From the NCBI GenBank assembly GCA_040954595.2, contig CM082593.2:7600043-7664042 (forward strand): 64,000 nucleotides of DNA, given 5' to 3'. The position numbers were made by a program, and so were the translations under genes. The notes below the pieces were generated by a model. The model saw only the letters and a list, made by a program, of their open reading frames with translations, was not told the origin of the DNA and did no database searches. This stretch comes from Balanoglossus misakiensis (lineage: Eukaryota; Animalia; Hemichordata). Shown here one piece after another: positions 1 to 13,222 of this stretch (position 1 is the first letter of the stretch; the number at the start of each line of letters is the position of its first letter).

Positions 1-640
1 ACATATTTATACGGAATACTGTCCTACGTTTAGGCATATGATATCAGTTGACATGTTATGTGTACCTATACCTTATGTTCGATTGATTACAATTATTTTA
101 TACGACAATTATTTGATACAGTCGCCAATTTTCCACAAAGCGACCACATTCTGTGGGTTTTAAACATATTATTAAATACTAGTCCGCATTCATAATATTT
201 ATTTATACTGTAAATTATTTACATTATATATCTACTCTATACATTTTAAATTTATATTTGTGAAGTTACAGTTTATTATGTCTATGTTATGAAAATTATG
301 TATGAAATAAATATCTGTGGATGATCGACTACCACTTGTCAAGAGCACCTTTTGTTACCTATGCATTTTCATGCTTTGATTATTAATACTGAAACATAAT
401 TTTGAAGAAAAAATATCAAACAAAATATAATATAAACGTATTGCATTTAATTCAATTTTAATATTTATAAGATAGACCCTAATTTTATTGAAATGGCGAA
501 GATCTTAGTTTACCGGAAGCAAAGTATTTTTCCTTCAGTATTTCGCACTTTTAACGGGGGGGGGGGGGGTATGCATCATCGGGGTGGAACGATGAACACG
601 CGCAATTCAATTAATATATGGGAAAAAATCAGTGACTCAC

Positions 641-775
641 CCGATTACCCGGTTTGGTATCTCTGTAAGGTGTAGTGGTGAAGGTGATGTATTCCTGGAC
701 AATGTCAAACACACATAAATCGTTCACATTCCGTCGGGTATCCACTATTCCCTGTCCTAAATTATCCGTATCCAT
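641..775 (-). CDS. Probable first coding exon of an unidentified gene continuing off the left edge
   Basis: ATG in strong Kozak context (GGCC-ATG-G) at 775; 45 open codons MDTDNLGQGIVDTRRNVNDLCVFDIVQEYITFTTTPYRDTKPGNR ending at a GTGAGT donor (635-640); CpG-rich flank with CCAAT boxes upstream. Peptide not recognised. Confidence 0.45.
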
Positions 776-1094
776 GGCCACACTGGTAGACACGCTAATG
801 GTCACTAGAGCGCGCTGTAGAGCTGACTTCAGAAACTCGTCACTTACTTACCGTTGTTTTTCGGATGTACAGAAGACGCATGACCGTGCTTTTCCTCTTC
901 CATTGTCTTTCCACAGCAAAGATATGTTATCACACTGCGCGCAGGCACATGAAGTTTTCCATCCTATCCTAATACTGCACTTTATGTTCGGTTTTGTCAA
1001 AATTCACGGGAAAATATCGCTCAACATCAGTCCTCCTGATCCGCGCAAATAATATCCGACTCCGAGTGGGCTGAACTCGATTCACTTCACTGCA

Positions 1095-1265
1095 ATATCC
1101 ACGTGGCAGATTACGTAATCACGGTGAAATATGTCTGCAATTAGTCAGCTGTTATCAGCCAATCAAAAACGAGCTACTAATAAGTGAAGGCTATGGTCAG
1201 CCAATCAGGAAAAACAGTCTATTCTCATGATCTCGTCGCCAACTGTCAAATTATTTGACCAATCG
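1095..1265. promoter_or_regulatory. CCAAT-box cluster / promoter of the left-edge gene
   Basis: AGCCAATCA (~1157-1165 and ~1199-1207) and GACCAATCG (~1257-1265), spaced ~40-60 bp, plus CCACGTGG at ~1099 and TTACGTAA at ~1110. Confidence 0.45.
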
Positions 1266-4200
1266 ATAAACTTGAATGGTTCCTTCTGCACAGAAGTTGA
1301 GTTCAACTTGAATAATTTGCCAACACATTTCCCCATATAACCAAATTATCATATCGAATAATTATAATATTCCAACGAACCGTAACATCTATTTTGAAAG
1401 TGTATTAGGATTAACAAAATTGGTCACTTGGGGCGCTCTCATCACAAATCTAATGGTCGGCGAGAGCTCGGATAATCGGGTAGAACAGCGCCTCCTAGCG
1501 ACAAAAATGTAAAACTACTCACGCAAGTATAGTACCAATCCTCTTCACGTCACTTTTCAGGAGGGGGGGGGGGGGGGAGTGCGCTCGCTTCCCGTCTACT
1601 GTCACGATGAGAAGTCATATAGAGGGGAGATTACCGCCAACCGGAGGGGAAAAAGTTGAAGGCCATCTGAAATTTCTTGCCTACACATTTTTCCCCAACA
1701 CCCACCAGCTTTACTACGAGGAATCCCTTCATGTTTATTTCATATCAAGATATCCAGAAAAATAAAACAAATTCCCCAGAACACTATGTATATACATAAT
1801 CGCACACCCACCCAAACACCCACACAAAGTAATCACCACAAAATGTCGCTTTCATGTTAACTTCTCTTTAATATTTCATACTTCCTTCTTATATCATGTA
1901 TCCATCAACAAGAACAGAAAAATATGTTGAAATGTGTATAAACCAGTTTTTACTAAAATCAACGAAAGCTAGTCACAAACGACAGTACATTATTAATAAA
2001 TTACTGTCTGCAATGGTTTGGAGCGTTTATTGCCAGTTTACAAAACTCTTAGCTCCACAAATCCACACATTTCTTACAACCAGGCATTCTTAAATACTTT
2101 TCAAGAGAAGAAAATATTTCTATGCCCTTTAGAAAAAGAAAGGTGGACCAATTGCTAAGATTGTCACCGGCCTTCCCTGACCTTGGCAAAACACTGGATT
2201 ATTTTTTTTGTTCATTTCAAGTAAATGTCATAACATGGAAATAAATCCACTGAATGTGCAGAAAGTTGGTTGAATCTTGGTTAAAACCAAACCTATCTGC
2301 CAGTAAGTTGCATATCTGGTATGCCTTTTCATGTAGTGCTTCACAGAAGAATGTACACGACTGATGAAAAAAATGGCCATGGAGCATGTCCAAACAGATC
2401 TTGTGGGTTTTCTCGGATGAGAAACCCTCAAAGTTCTGTACGTCATGTCTGTAAATAGATCAGAAGTTCTAATAGAGCCGTCGTGGTGGAATTTTCCCCA
2501 AGCTCTTTCCTGTTTTTTTTCAAATCGTGATATTTAATTTTGCATCAGTGTGCTTGACTGACAAGTCTCAAGCACAACACTACATGTTCTGAAGCGCCAA
2601 TGACATTGGACAACTGAACTGGTGCAGTCGTGATTGAGTTTTGGGAAAAAGTCTTCCAGTTGTTCTTACGAAAGAAATTACACCACGCCAATATCCATAG
2701 CAACTATAAAGAATTGAATAAATGTAAATGTAAATGATTCATCACCAATATCAGATACAGCAAATATCTTTGGCACTTCTCCAGAATTAACTTGACTACA
2801 TTAAAAAAAAGTGGGAATTTCAGACTGTGAGAATCAAATGACTACCGTCTATTCTTGAAAAGCAATGGGGGAATTTTAAAATGTACTGTAAAACTTGTCT
2901 ATAATGGAAATTTCAGAGACTATGGAAATTGAGAGGTGGTAAGTCAGGACATTTCCATTCTAGACAGGCTTCACTGTATATCTCTCTCTCTTTCTAATGT
3001 CAAATTAACATAATGCAAAAATTGTGCAACTCAAGTTGAGCAACGATGATGCATTAGTACACAAGAACTTTAAAAAAATAATGGAGTTGATTTGAAACAC
3101 AGAAAATGCTGTTATGCCTGTTTTTGTACACAAGTGCTCAGAGACAAGCAACATCTTAAAAGTGAAGTTTGGACAACAGGTTTTGTGTACTCTTAATAAT
3201 TATCTAAACCGATTACTCAGACTGTAAAAAGAAAAAGGGAAATTCATAACTTGACATCTTTGGATTGGATTATGTGAGGCAGTAAAAAATCTCTTTGTAC
3301 AGCGTCAGCGCATATTGAAATTAAATTTCATTCAGGCTTATTTCAACATGAAACATCAAATTATACTTAAACTGAATCTTTGGTTTAGACATCTGCTGAT
3401 AATTACTGAAACAAGAGTTTTACAAACATACTTGCGTAAGTACAATTATTGGACCATTGCTGGCAGTTTTACCACAAACCCCAGACAGAAAATTGCAATT
3501 TAATATTCCCTTTAAAAATAGCACCACCACTGCGTTGAACAGCAGGGCTTATTCACTGGCCCTTATCCTGGCATCTTTCATCTGAAACACTAAAATAGTC
3601 AAAAACACTCAGCTAAGCTTGTTTATTAATGTCAAAAAGTGGTACGGTAGCCTTACTTGTTCATACTGCCAGTTTTAAGTCTGAACTTTTTTTGACAAGA
3701 ATGAAGGGAAACTTATCGGTGGAAAAAAAGCCACATACGCCTAAGGATCATTAAATCATGATGTAAGCTTGCAGACAGTGCAATTAATGCCTCATTAGAG
3801 AAACAATTAATTATGCATGCACAAACTTGACCTGCCAGTACAATCCATGGTTTAAATACAATAGGAATGGATTCCAGCAATTTGCAGATAGTCTTGGCAT
3901 TGCCATGTGGGTTTTGTCTTTTGGTCACCATGGTGACATGGAAATAGTGATGAGACCTACTGACCATTTACAATAATGCACGTAGCCCAGAGATTTCAGA
4001 CTGTCATTCTGACACAAAGATGTATACATTTAAACACGCCATAGTCGCCCTCCACAGACCGACAATGAACATGCTGAACACATTTGTGAAAAATAACTAA
4101 AACGCAATAAAGAAAGCGTTATCTTGGACATTTCAATAAAGATATCAGACTATGAATTTTCAAAATTTGACTTTTAAAATGAAGCACTATAGAGTTGTGT

Positions 4201-5774
4201 CAAATGGGTAATGTGTTCCTGATTAAACTTACTAAGTACTTAGAATGGATAGTTTTTAATGAAGATGTGTTTCTAGTAAACAAACTGCAACATATGTTAT
4301 TTATCCCAGGACTATGAGCTTTAGACCTTCAGAATGATGGCCAGACAATCATACGATAGTCACGGGATTGATATCATAGTCATGGGACCATCATTCTCTC
4401 AAATCAATATCTAATCTGATACAGTGTATCACTACGTACTTAGAGAAACAGAAATGTTGCCCAGCAACCAGCCAAATTTAGAACTGCAACTACAGGAATG
4501 CTATACCCAAACAATTGTATCTTTCTTTAGAACTAACAATTTCTGAACTTTTACCTAATTTATACTGACCGATTTAAATTCTTAATGTATCAACTTACAG
4601 ACAGGATCAACCTTTATGTTACTTTTTGAAGTATCAAACAACACATATTTGTTTCCAGCACAAAAATTCGGTGGTTTGATTAAACTGTGAGAAATTAAAG
4701 AATCGCGGAAAATGAATATGCACTTGAGACATTGCGATACATGAGACGCGATTATGTCTAAAGTTGTCCAAGTGTGAAACGTGTTGGCAGGAACACTTTG
4801 GGTTTGGTGGAAATGTCTTTCAAAAACCTGGACATCCACATAGAAACTGGCAACTCAATATTGGAAAGGTTTCTTTCTGGTACATATGCAACAGACTAGG
4901 TCCTTTTTGTAAAATCCCTCCCACGTCTAACCCTTTCACCCCCAGTTCTCTCTGTAGAGGTCCAACCTAACTATAGAAAACAATGGGTTTGGACTGAACC
5001 ATCGTGGTGAAAGGGATAAACCCCACATAGAGGGGTCAAATTGGAGTCTGTGGTCCAGAAAGACTGGATAGATCAGCTGACTGGCCTAATGACCTGATTT
5101 AAGTTCACAAAACACATCTGGGGACCAGATATCATTTACTGTGTGTTTTTAGAGAACAATTGCCAGTTCACAGTGGAGAGATCTTAATCATATGTCCCTA
5201 AACATGCTATTTCTTAAACCTGACCCAGTATCTTTAGTATCAGCCATAAATCAGATCGTAGTCCAGGGTCACTAAAACCATAGCGGTGTTCCACTAACCA
5301 AAGTAACTATAACCAACTGGCAACGACATAATTGCAAATTATGGTATTCAGGATAGGTTAATGATTTTTTTTTGCACACAGACAAAAAAAAACACTCTCA
5401 TAAAAACAGAACTTGGGGAATATATGAAAAAAGTCTGTGTTATTTTCTTTAAATGACCATTTAGTCTGCTGGCAGTTTTTCTGCAAACTCTCATGATGTG
5501 AAACACAACATAAATTCAATATGGCCAACATAGAAAAAACAGCAAAAGCTTATTAATTGAATGCAGCACTTGGATTTCAGTAGTTCAAAATGAAGTTGTA
5601 ACCATGGCAATCAGCCTCAGAGATGTTTTCCCATAATACTGACAAAATAAAGTACATAAATATACAAAAATATATTTTTTATGGTTTTAAGATATTTAAC
5701 AGTCAACGTTTCTCGTGGTGACGAGACGATCGTCGTGGCATTGCACTGATGTAAACATTTTTTTCTAGATATTC

Positions 5775-8700
5775 TCATTCTTCTCCACTCAGCATATGGG
5801 ATCTGTAGAGCTTGTTTTTGACCAACTGGAACCCCGGGCTCACCCGGATAGTGTCATGCGCCGCAAAGTTCAGACAGGAGGGAAACGAGAAACTGAAAAA
5901 CGACGTGTTCACCCGCGACAACACGAGGTGCACCTCAAACGTGGCCACCGTCGAGGGGTCCATGACAACCTTGCCCAGCTTCCGGGTGACGCCGCCGTCC
6001 TCCAACGTGATGAAGATGACGCAGCCGCGGATCCCACAGGGCTCCGAGTGCGACATGCGCAGAACGTCCTGAGCGATCCTCAGCGTCAGATCGTACGGGA
6101 TCTGAACCGGGCAGTCCATGCGTCGCTTGGCGTTCAGGAGAGCGTCGAATATTCGCTTGGACGTCGAGTCACACGTCTCCCTCTCTTCGTTATCTTCAAA
6201 CGCACCGTAACTATTCTTATCCTCTGTAAAAGAAACACAAGATCTTTATGGTAATATACATTTGACTATTGACAGTTTTTATTTCTCCTTAATAAGACGT
6301 TTGATGGTTCTGTGCTTGAAAGTGCAATGATAAGTAGAGAAACTAGAAGCAATCTCAAGGACAATAATCTGATGACTAGTATACTGTAAAACGGATTATT
6401 TTCACAACAGTAAATTTTCGCAATATCGAAACAAAGAGGCAACTGTTATGCGAGGATTAATTTTCGCGTTCTCATATATCACTAACTGCATCGTGATCTC
6501 TGAAAAACATTTTACGCCACTTTTATTTTCACATTTTTGGGGGCTCTTGCGTATTTCACGGAAATTTACTGCTCGCGTTAATAACCCGTTTTACAGTATA
6601 TATATATATAACACTAAAACAATGGAAGAAACAAACACGTACACAGCTTGACAAAGCCTCATTCATCCCACAGGCAATGAGCCTATTCCCCCATTCAACC
6701 GCCTGAATTTCTCTGTGGGCTTTTCTATGGGAGACAAGTAATCTTTATAATTTGAAGTTCATGGCTGTACGGTGAAGAGTTCAATGGCGAGCATGTGACA
6801 GGGTCAATGCTATTCTGGGTGGTGTCACATGTTCAACAGTAAATCCCTTGTGTAGTTTCAGTTCAGAGGCAAATGGATCTCACATGATCATGGCTACAGA
6901 GTATTGCATAATTTCCTCTAGTTGGTTGGGTACAAATAATTTAAAATATCAAAAATAACAGAATCGTTCAATTATCAAATTCATATGTAACCTGTACAGT
7001 TTTTACATTCAATAGTACAGTCGGCATGGACAAATTCTCTTTTCAAACTCATTAAATGTGGGAACCACAATATTGAAAAAGTTTTAAAAAAAACATGTCA
7101 GTATAATATGTCACTATACTCATGTTATTTAGCGACTTTCCACATCTGGCAAATGATCAAGGTGTTTACTTGTAAATCTGCACTAAGGTAGCCTTGAAAA
7201 AAAAAACGACCCCAGCTTGTTTGTGCGACGTGTTACCAACTGTTGGAGTGGGTCTTTGTGTGGGCTAATTTACACTCGGCTGACTGAATGAGTCGAGCCG
7301 TCGCTATTGTATGCAAATGACCACCAGTCAGGTCTGGGATCGACGACACCTATTCACAGTCTGACGACCGTTCAGTGGAACAACGGAAATTCCCCGCACA
7401 CACAGAGGATGTCCTGTGCAATTCTTCTCGTATTTGTCTGGGGGCTGTGCAGCAAACCAAGATTTTTCGGAGACATTTTGGCGTTACCTGCGAAATCGCC
7501 AACTTTGTTGTTCAGACTGTAGTCTGCGATAGATACATACACGATATATGTTCTAATCATGTCGATTACAGATACTGATAACCCTATTTACACTTTTATT
7601 TCTGGAAAAATTTAGCTGGTTACTGTCGCGGTTTGAAGCGTGCAGTATCAAACTCTAACCGGAGTGCATCCTGCATCTCTATCCGTTCATTTATTCCCGG
7701 TCAAAATAAAATTATCTGGCACTATCACCCTTGCACCGACAGTTTTTGCGAGCAGGGCCAAGCATGATTTCGCAACCCCCCTGATCATGAATGCACCCAC
7801 GCGTTAGAAATGGACATTAGAGAGGTTTAGTTACACGTAAATACGTTCGATCAGTACGCGTAGCGTCATTGTCACGTGATAAGCAGAGGTCGCGTACGCG
7901 TAGAACAGACGTTCGGAACGGCAAGCGACGCTTCTACGCGTAATCATGATTACGTGTAACATTTTTTCGGAATTTCTCGATATTCTCTCTTTAATTTGAG
8001 CGATTGAATTCTGCAGTGCAATTGTGATGTAGCCAGCATCCATGTTATCTAAAAAAAATCTGCCATATGTGCTAAAACCGGCGCTATTTGGTGTTTTCAA
8101 AACATAAACACAAAAATGTATTCCCAAACTACGTTTTCAGTGGACGCCTCGACAAAGACATCGAAAAACTTCACTAAACTATATTTCCACTGCAGTCAAG
8201 AAACTTATTGCAAGGGTGGTGATCTTAGAGAATATTCATCACACACAAAATTTATTGAAGTGATAAATATTTGAATTTTCTATTGTTTTTAAATATTTTT
8301 GTTATTCAAAACCACGGTTAGTGTCAAAACGGACAACTAAACCGCAAAATTCACGCGTCGCTACGCATACGCGAACGCCACTGCCTGCCGTCAGACGTAC
8401 GCGTATTTACGTGTAACTAAACCTCTCTATTGTCGTTGGCGAGTCATCCCCCTCACGCCTACTCTGACGACATCCACGCCATTTCATCATCGCGACGTCC
8501 ACGAGGAAATAGTAGTACTTTCCCTGCCAGAACTACGTGCTAGCGCAGAACAACGCGAAACTCGGGCGACTGCAAAAAAATATCTTATTTTCCCTCTCGC
8601 ATTTATAATTTGTTGACGCAGCGCGGGTTCAATCAGCGGTGACTGGCGGTCAACATAAATCGGTCAGCGGCCCGCTTGCGTCGCGTACCCGGAGAAGTGT

Positions 8701-9075
8701 CGACATATCCGGGCGAGGGCAAGCCTTCCCTTCTCAAAATGATTTAGTCATAAATATGCAGCGTTTAAGGTATACATTTTAAAATGCCGACTTTGAACTG
8801 CAGGCGATAAACACCGTTTGGCAAGTGCGAAATGATGTGTTACACGGAAATTAAAATGTGCACGTACCTGATTCTGGCTTATAGGAACTGTTGTTCAAGT
8901 CCGTTTCTTTAAACGAGGCAGTTTCGATTACTGAACCTGGAGATATCGTTGCCTTTGGACCGAGTACTATTTCAGCAATCTTTTCGAACAGTCTCTGTAG
9001 TGAGAATGACATGCCCACTGATTCGTCTTCGCGGATGTCACTGCCGAACATAGCCATTTTGCTCTGCGCTGTCAT
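5775..9075 (-). CDS. DDIT4: DDIT4/REDD1 family (RTP801_C domain; scylla/charybde-like) mTORC1 inhibitor, 218 aa
   Basis: Exon 1 9075-8868 (donor GTACGT, phase 1) plus exon 2 6223-5775 (acceptor TTTTACAG) give 657 nt in frame. Contains the REDD1 hallmarks RIAQDVLRMSHSEPCGIRGC, DPSTVATFEVHLVL and SPGFQLVKNKLYRS. Confidence 0.93.
6384..6596. mobile_element. TA-TSD MITE (Tc1/mariner-type, CTGTAAAAC termini), family A
   Basis: TA|CTGTAAAACGG ... CCGTTTTACAG|TA; homologous to copies at 23434, 24746 and 36276. Confidence 0.8.
7819..8428. mobile_element. 610-bp non-autonomous TIR element with 3-bp ATT TSD (PIF/Harbinger-related superfamily suspected)
   Basis: Perfect 27-bp TIR AGAGAGGTTTAGTTACACGTAAATACG (7819-7845 / 8402-8428) flanked by ATT on both sides (7816-7818, 8429-8431). 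Confidence 0.85.
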
Positions 9076-9379
9076 TGTTCAGGAGAATCCGGTCAGCACG
9101 GCAAGCACTGTTTAGCAGATCAGCTGTTTTCGACGACGACACACTCGCTCGACTTTTCTGCAGAATTTCAGCACTTGTGGCTTTCCGAGGCGGAAAATTC
9201 CTCCCCGCTTGGCTTACAAACCGATATGTTAACGAGACAACAACTTAAACGTGAAGATGTGCAGAGTTTCTGCAAGAACTTGCAGAAAAACCACGCAAGC
9301 CAGACGCTTCGATCAGCTGTTCGGTCGGCACGCTGATGAATAAGGCACAGTTCGCTCTACAGCAGCGGCGATTATTTCA

Positions 9380-9500
9380 GTCCTCATTTGCATAACAATT
9401 CAGCGACGGGTATTTTTGGAAACATTAGCATAAAACGCACCATATATGGAACCGAGTAATGAAAGCTAATTTGATTCTGACGATCCTGATTGGCCAACTC
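9380..9500 (-). promoter_or_regulatory. Putative DDIT4 proximal promoter
   Basis: CpG-rich region 5' of exon 1 with ATTTGCATAA (octamer/C-EBP-like, 9386) and GATTGG (CCAAT on the minus strand, ~9488). Confidence 0.4.
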
Positions 9501-10588
9501 CGGAGGTGTGTCAGATTATGTCATGCTGAATCGTCACTCGATGGAGGCAGGGCCCGGGCTAGGCTGCGGTCGATGTCCCCCGCGTAGCGCTATTGTTAGG
9601 GGCCAGGCCTAGGTCACAGGTCGACCAGACAAACAAGTTGAGTACTCGAGTACTGAGTAAATAAGCTTTGCAAGATGGAAAAAACAACCCAACTACAGTC
9701 GATTCATTCATTCAGTAAAAATATTTTGAAAGCTTATATTTCAACGGGAAACACACCATCCTGTTGATCGACTAACGCCTAATTAGCGTGTAGGCCAATA
9801 TATGAAAAACATATTTTTTATAATCAACGACAAGCTTCCTTGTATCTATGTGGTTTCATATCTCGCTTGCTCGAGATGACAAATAAATTTTAAGTGTTCA
9901 CCTTTCTCGGACAAGTTTACTGGTAATCTCGGACAAAAACAGTTGTCTGAGAACTTGATCATGATCGATTTGAAAATTCATGTGTGTTTTTTTTTCTAGG
10001 GAAGCTCTCTCGCCTTCCTTTCAGCAAGTTCGCGAAATTTAAAGAATAAAACACAGTCAGGGAACTAAGTTTTGTATTTTTGACTAAAATTACATTTCTG
10101 GTTGCAGCGGTTTATTGAATCAAATCACGTCTGGGAACGTGGATGTCATTGGTCGACGGGTTAAAAAATTGCCAATTAGGGCCTACTGATTATTTTTTGT
10201 CCGTCTCCCTCATTGCAGACTTTTACAGTTTTGTTGCTCTTTCGCCTTGCCTTTCAGCAAGTTCGCGAAATTTAAAGAATAAATATTTACGAAATGAACC
10301 CACCCATAAGTGACGAAATGCCGCGCCCCACATCCCCAAGTGACGATTTCGACCTCGCTGAACACCGTGACCAAAATGATGGCCACTGAGAAGGGATGAT
10401 GGGCACAATAAAGAAACTCTTAAATTTTTATTGCATTTGTAGTTGTACTTGGCAAAATGTGCTTTCGCTCTTCTCAGAACGTTGTGTTCAGCACGGACTC
10501 CAACTTGAAGAGGAATCAACGCGTGCGTCATATTTCTGAGACAGGTGCGCGCCGGACCGGGTTGTCTAGGGACCCAACCCATTTCCTT

Positions 10589-10721
10589 TCATCCATCCAT
10601 CCATCCATCCATCCACAAACCCACCAACCCATTCATTCATTCATTCATTCATTCATTCATTCATTCATTCATTCATTCATTCATTCATTCATTCATTCAT
10701 TCATTCATTCATTCATTCATT
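10589..10721 (+). repeat. (ATCC)n/(ATTC)n microsatellite
   Basis: Direct reading of tetranucleotide tandem. Confidence 0.97.
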
Positions 10722-12341
10722 GTAAGCAGTAAAATATGACACCTGCAAAGTCGCCCACTTTTGGCATTAATTTGTTACTTTCTTATAAATCAGTGACGGA
10801 ACTTATACTTATTTGCTATTTTCACGTACATCACACAAGGACGGTGAGTCGTCGCAACCTGTCATTAGGCATATATTTATGCAGAACAGCACAAAGAATT
10901 TATAAAACATAACCCGCAGAATAATGTTCCCTCTTAAATTTCATATTTCGTTGTTTTGTTGCCTTATGGGAGAATGGGAACCCTGGAGGTAGATCGGCCC
11001 GAGTCCAGACCTCAGCGGCGATATCTGGTTCGCCGAGTTCACCGAACCAGACGCGAAACATGTTTTTCAGTCTGGGACTGTTCGCGTCACACTCCGGTAC
11101 TCATGGCAGAACGCACGTCACCTAGTGGGCTCTCGTCAGAATACAATGTATACCAGTGAGTGCGTAGTAAACAACACGTGTAACTGACCTAAATGCATGC
11201 AGTATGAACTTTCAAGGTCAGAGACTGATCGAAGAATCGGGGTCCTCGGAAAAGAAGCCCTCCGCTGAAACTATGAATCGTCGAATGCCTTTGAAAATTA
11301 ATAAAAAGATCAAAACAACATCTGATCATTCTCCAGAAAACAGTTTAGATGACGTGTTTGTACGTTTCATTACGCGAGACAGCGTGTTTACTGACCCACG
11401 GCAGCGTACTAGTATTAAGGGCCACCCGCCACTAGGTTAGCGACCGATCATTCTAGAACAAATGGCATAATTCCAGCGACTGGCGACCTCAGTGACAGTA
11501 AAAATTGATTTATCTGTTGAATCTATTTACTAAATCGTGGCCTAAATGTAACCGTGAGTGGAATGACCGTCATGTTTAACTGCTCTGTTTTTTGTCCACT
11601 CAGCAATTTCCTTCACGTACGTGTTTGTTCTGTAGAGCAGGAGGACGTCGAAAACAATTCAGTCTCTATACGTTCTATGTGTCTTGGGAGAGGAAAGGTG
11701 TTGCAAGTTGGTGCATGGTCGGTGCATCACGTTTAGAGCGTGCGTGTCCCGGTGCGCGTGCAGGTAGCACTACCGTATTTTGCACACGCCATCAATAAGT
11801 TGGAGATACATGTATTGTTTTTGCAACACAGTTCAGTTGCCAGGGGAACAATTTTATTAAAAAAATGTCGTTCATATTATAGGTCAGCGTGTATTTCCAT
11901 AGGCGAAAAGGAAGAAAATTGTGGCGAAACTTCCAACCGCTGCGGACCTGGTCACTTTTACTGATGATAGCTATTTCTGGAAATCTACACCAGCAAACAC
12001 GTGGCCCACTGGGTCGCTCTGGAGGTGTGTTTCGCCCGCGCCCTTGTTTGCCATGGAAACAATGCAAACTTTAAAGGGCATGGTCATGTTGGCCCAACAG
12101 AGACTGGTGGTGAAGGTCAGGGGCAGAATTCCTCGCAACAATGCAAAATATTTTTTACAGATTCAAAGCTAATACCCTGGGACTTTGATTTGGAAAAAAA
12201 CACCCATCGGAGTTTTAATCTTACAAAAAGACCACTGAACAGAAGAACAAATTAACAGTTTGAAACTCCATCCTCGATGTAATCATCATGTCATCGTCCA
12301 GTTTTCCAAGAAGGTATCATTGCTAGTGCTCAGTTTATTTT

Positions 12342-12481
12342 TGAATGAATGAATGAATGAATGAACGAATGAATGAATGAATGAATGAACGAACGAATGA
12401 ATGAATGAATGAATGAATGAATGAATGAATGAATGAATGAATGAATGAATGAATGAATGAATGAATGAATGAATGAATGAA
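12342..12481 (+). repeat. (GAAT)n microsatellite
   Basis: Direct reading; reverse complement of the (ATTC)n array at 10631-10721. Confidence 0.97.
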
Positions 12482-12964
12482 CAGCCGCATCTTTACTTGG
12501 CGTATATTCTAGAATCCAGATCTCTACTCGCGTTTTTTTTTCGCTTTGCTCTCTCGAAAAAAACCCACCAGATTGGATTCTGGACTACCTAGCCATACCT
12601 CGAAAAATAATTGTTTGCTGCCGTGGCTTGGCAATAACACCAGAGTCACGGGGTTTGGCTATCCCATTATCTCTAGTCTGCCTTCACCTTGGCTGTGAAT
12701 AACAAGCAAATCTGACAATACCCGGTCAATCGGTTCATGTCGAGTCGAATTTTCTTATCAATGAACGGTATGTTGATTCTTCAGACGGTATTTAGTCACG
12801 GTGAAGGGATAGTTGTTGGTCAAGGTAAACGACACCCTCGCGACGGCTGTACAAAAATAACGTTACGAAGTTATTTTTCTTTCATTTTGCTACGCCCAGG
12901 CAGCCACCATCTCCATGCAACGAAAAATCTTTCATTATGCGTGCGGCATTAGGGCGCACGTGTG

Positions 12965-13222
<258 letters not shown>

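Noticed and set aside
5796-6254. 152-aa and 86-aa plus-strand ORFs
   Set aside because: Antisense shadows of the GC-rich DDIT4 exon 2
12505-12590. Weak AGAATCCA/TGGATTCT inverted repeat, possible fourth TAG...CTA element
   Set aside because: Left end degenerate and no TSD
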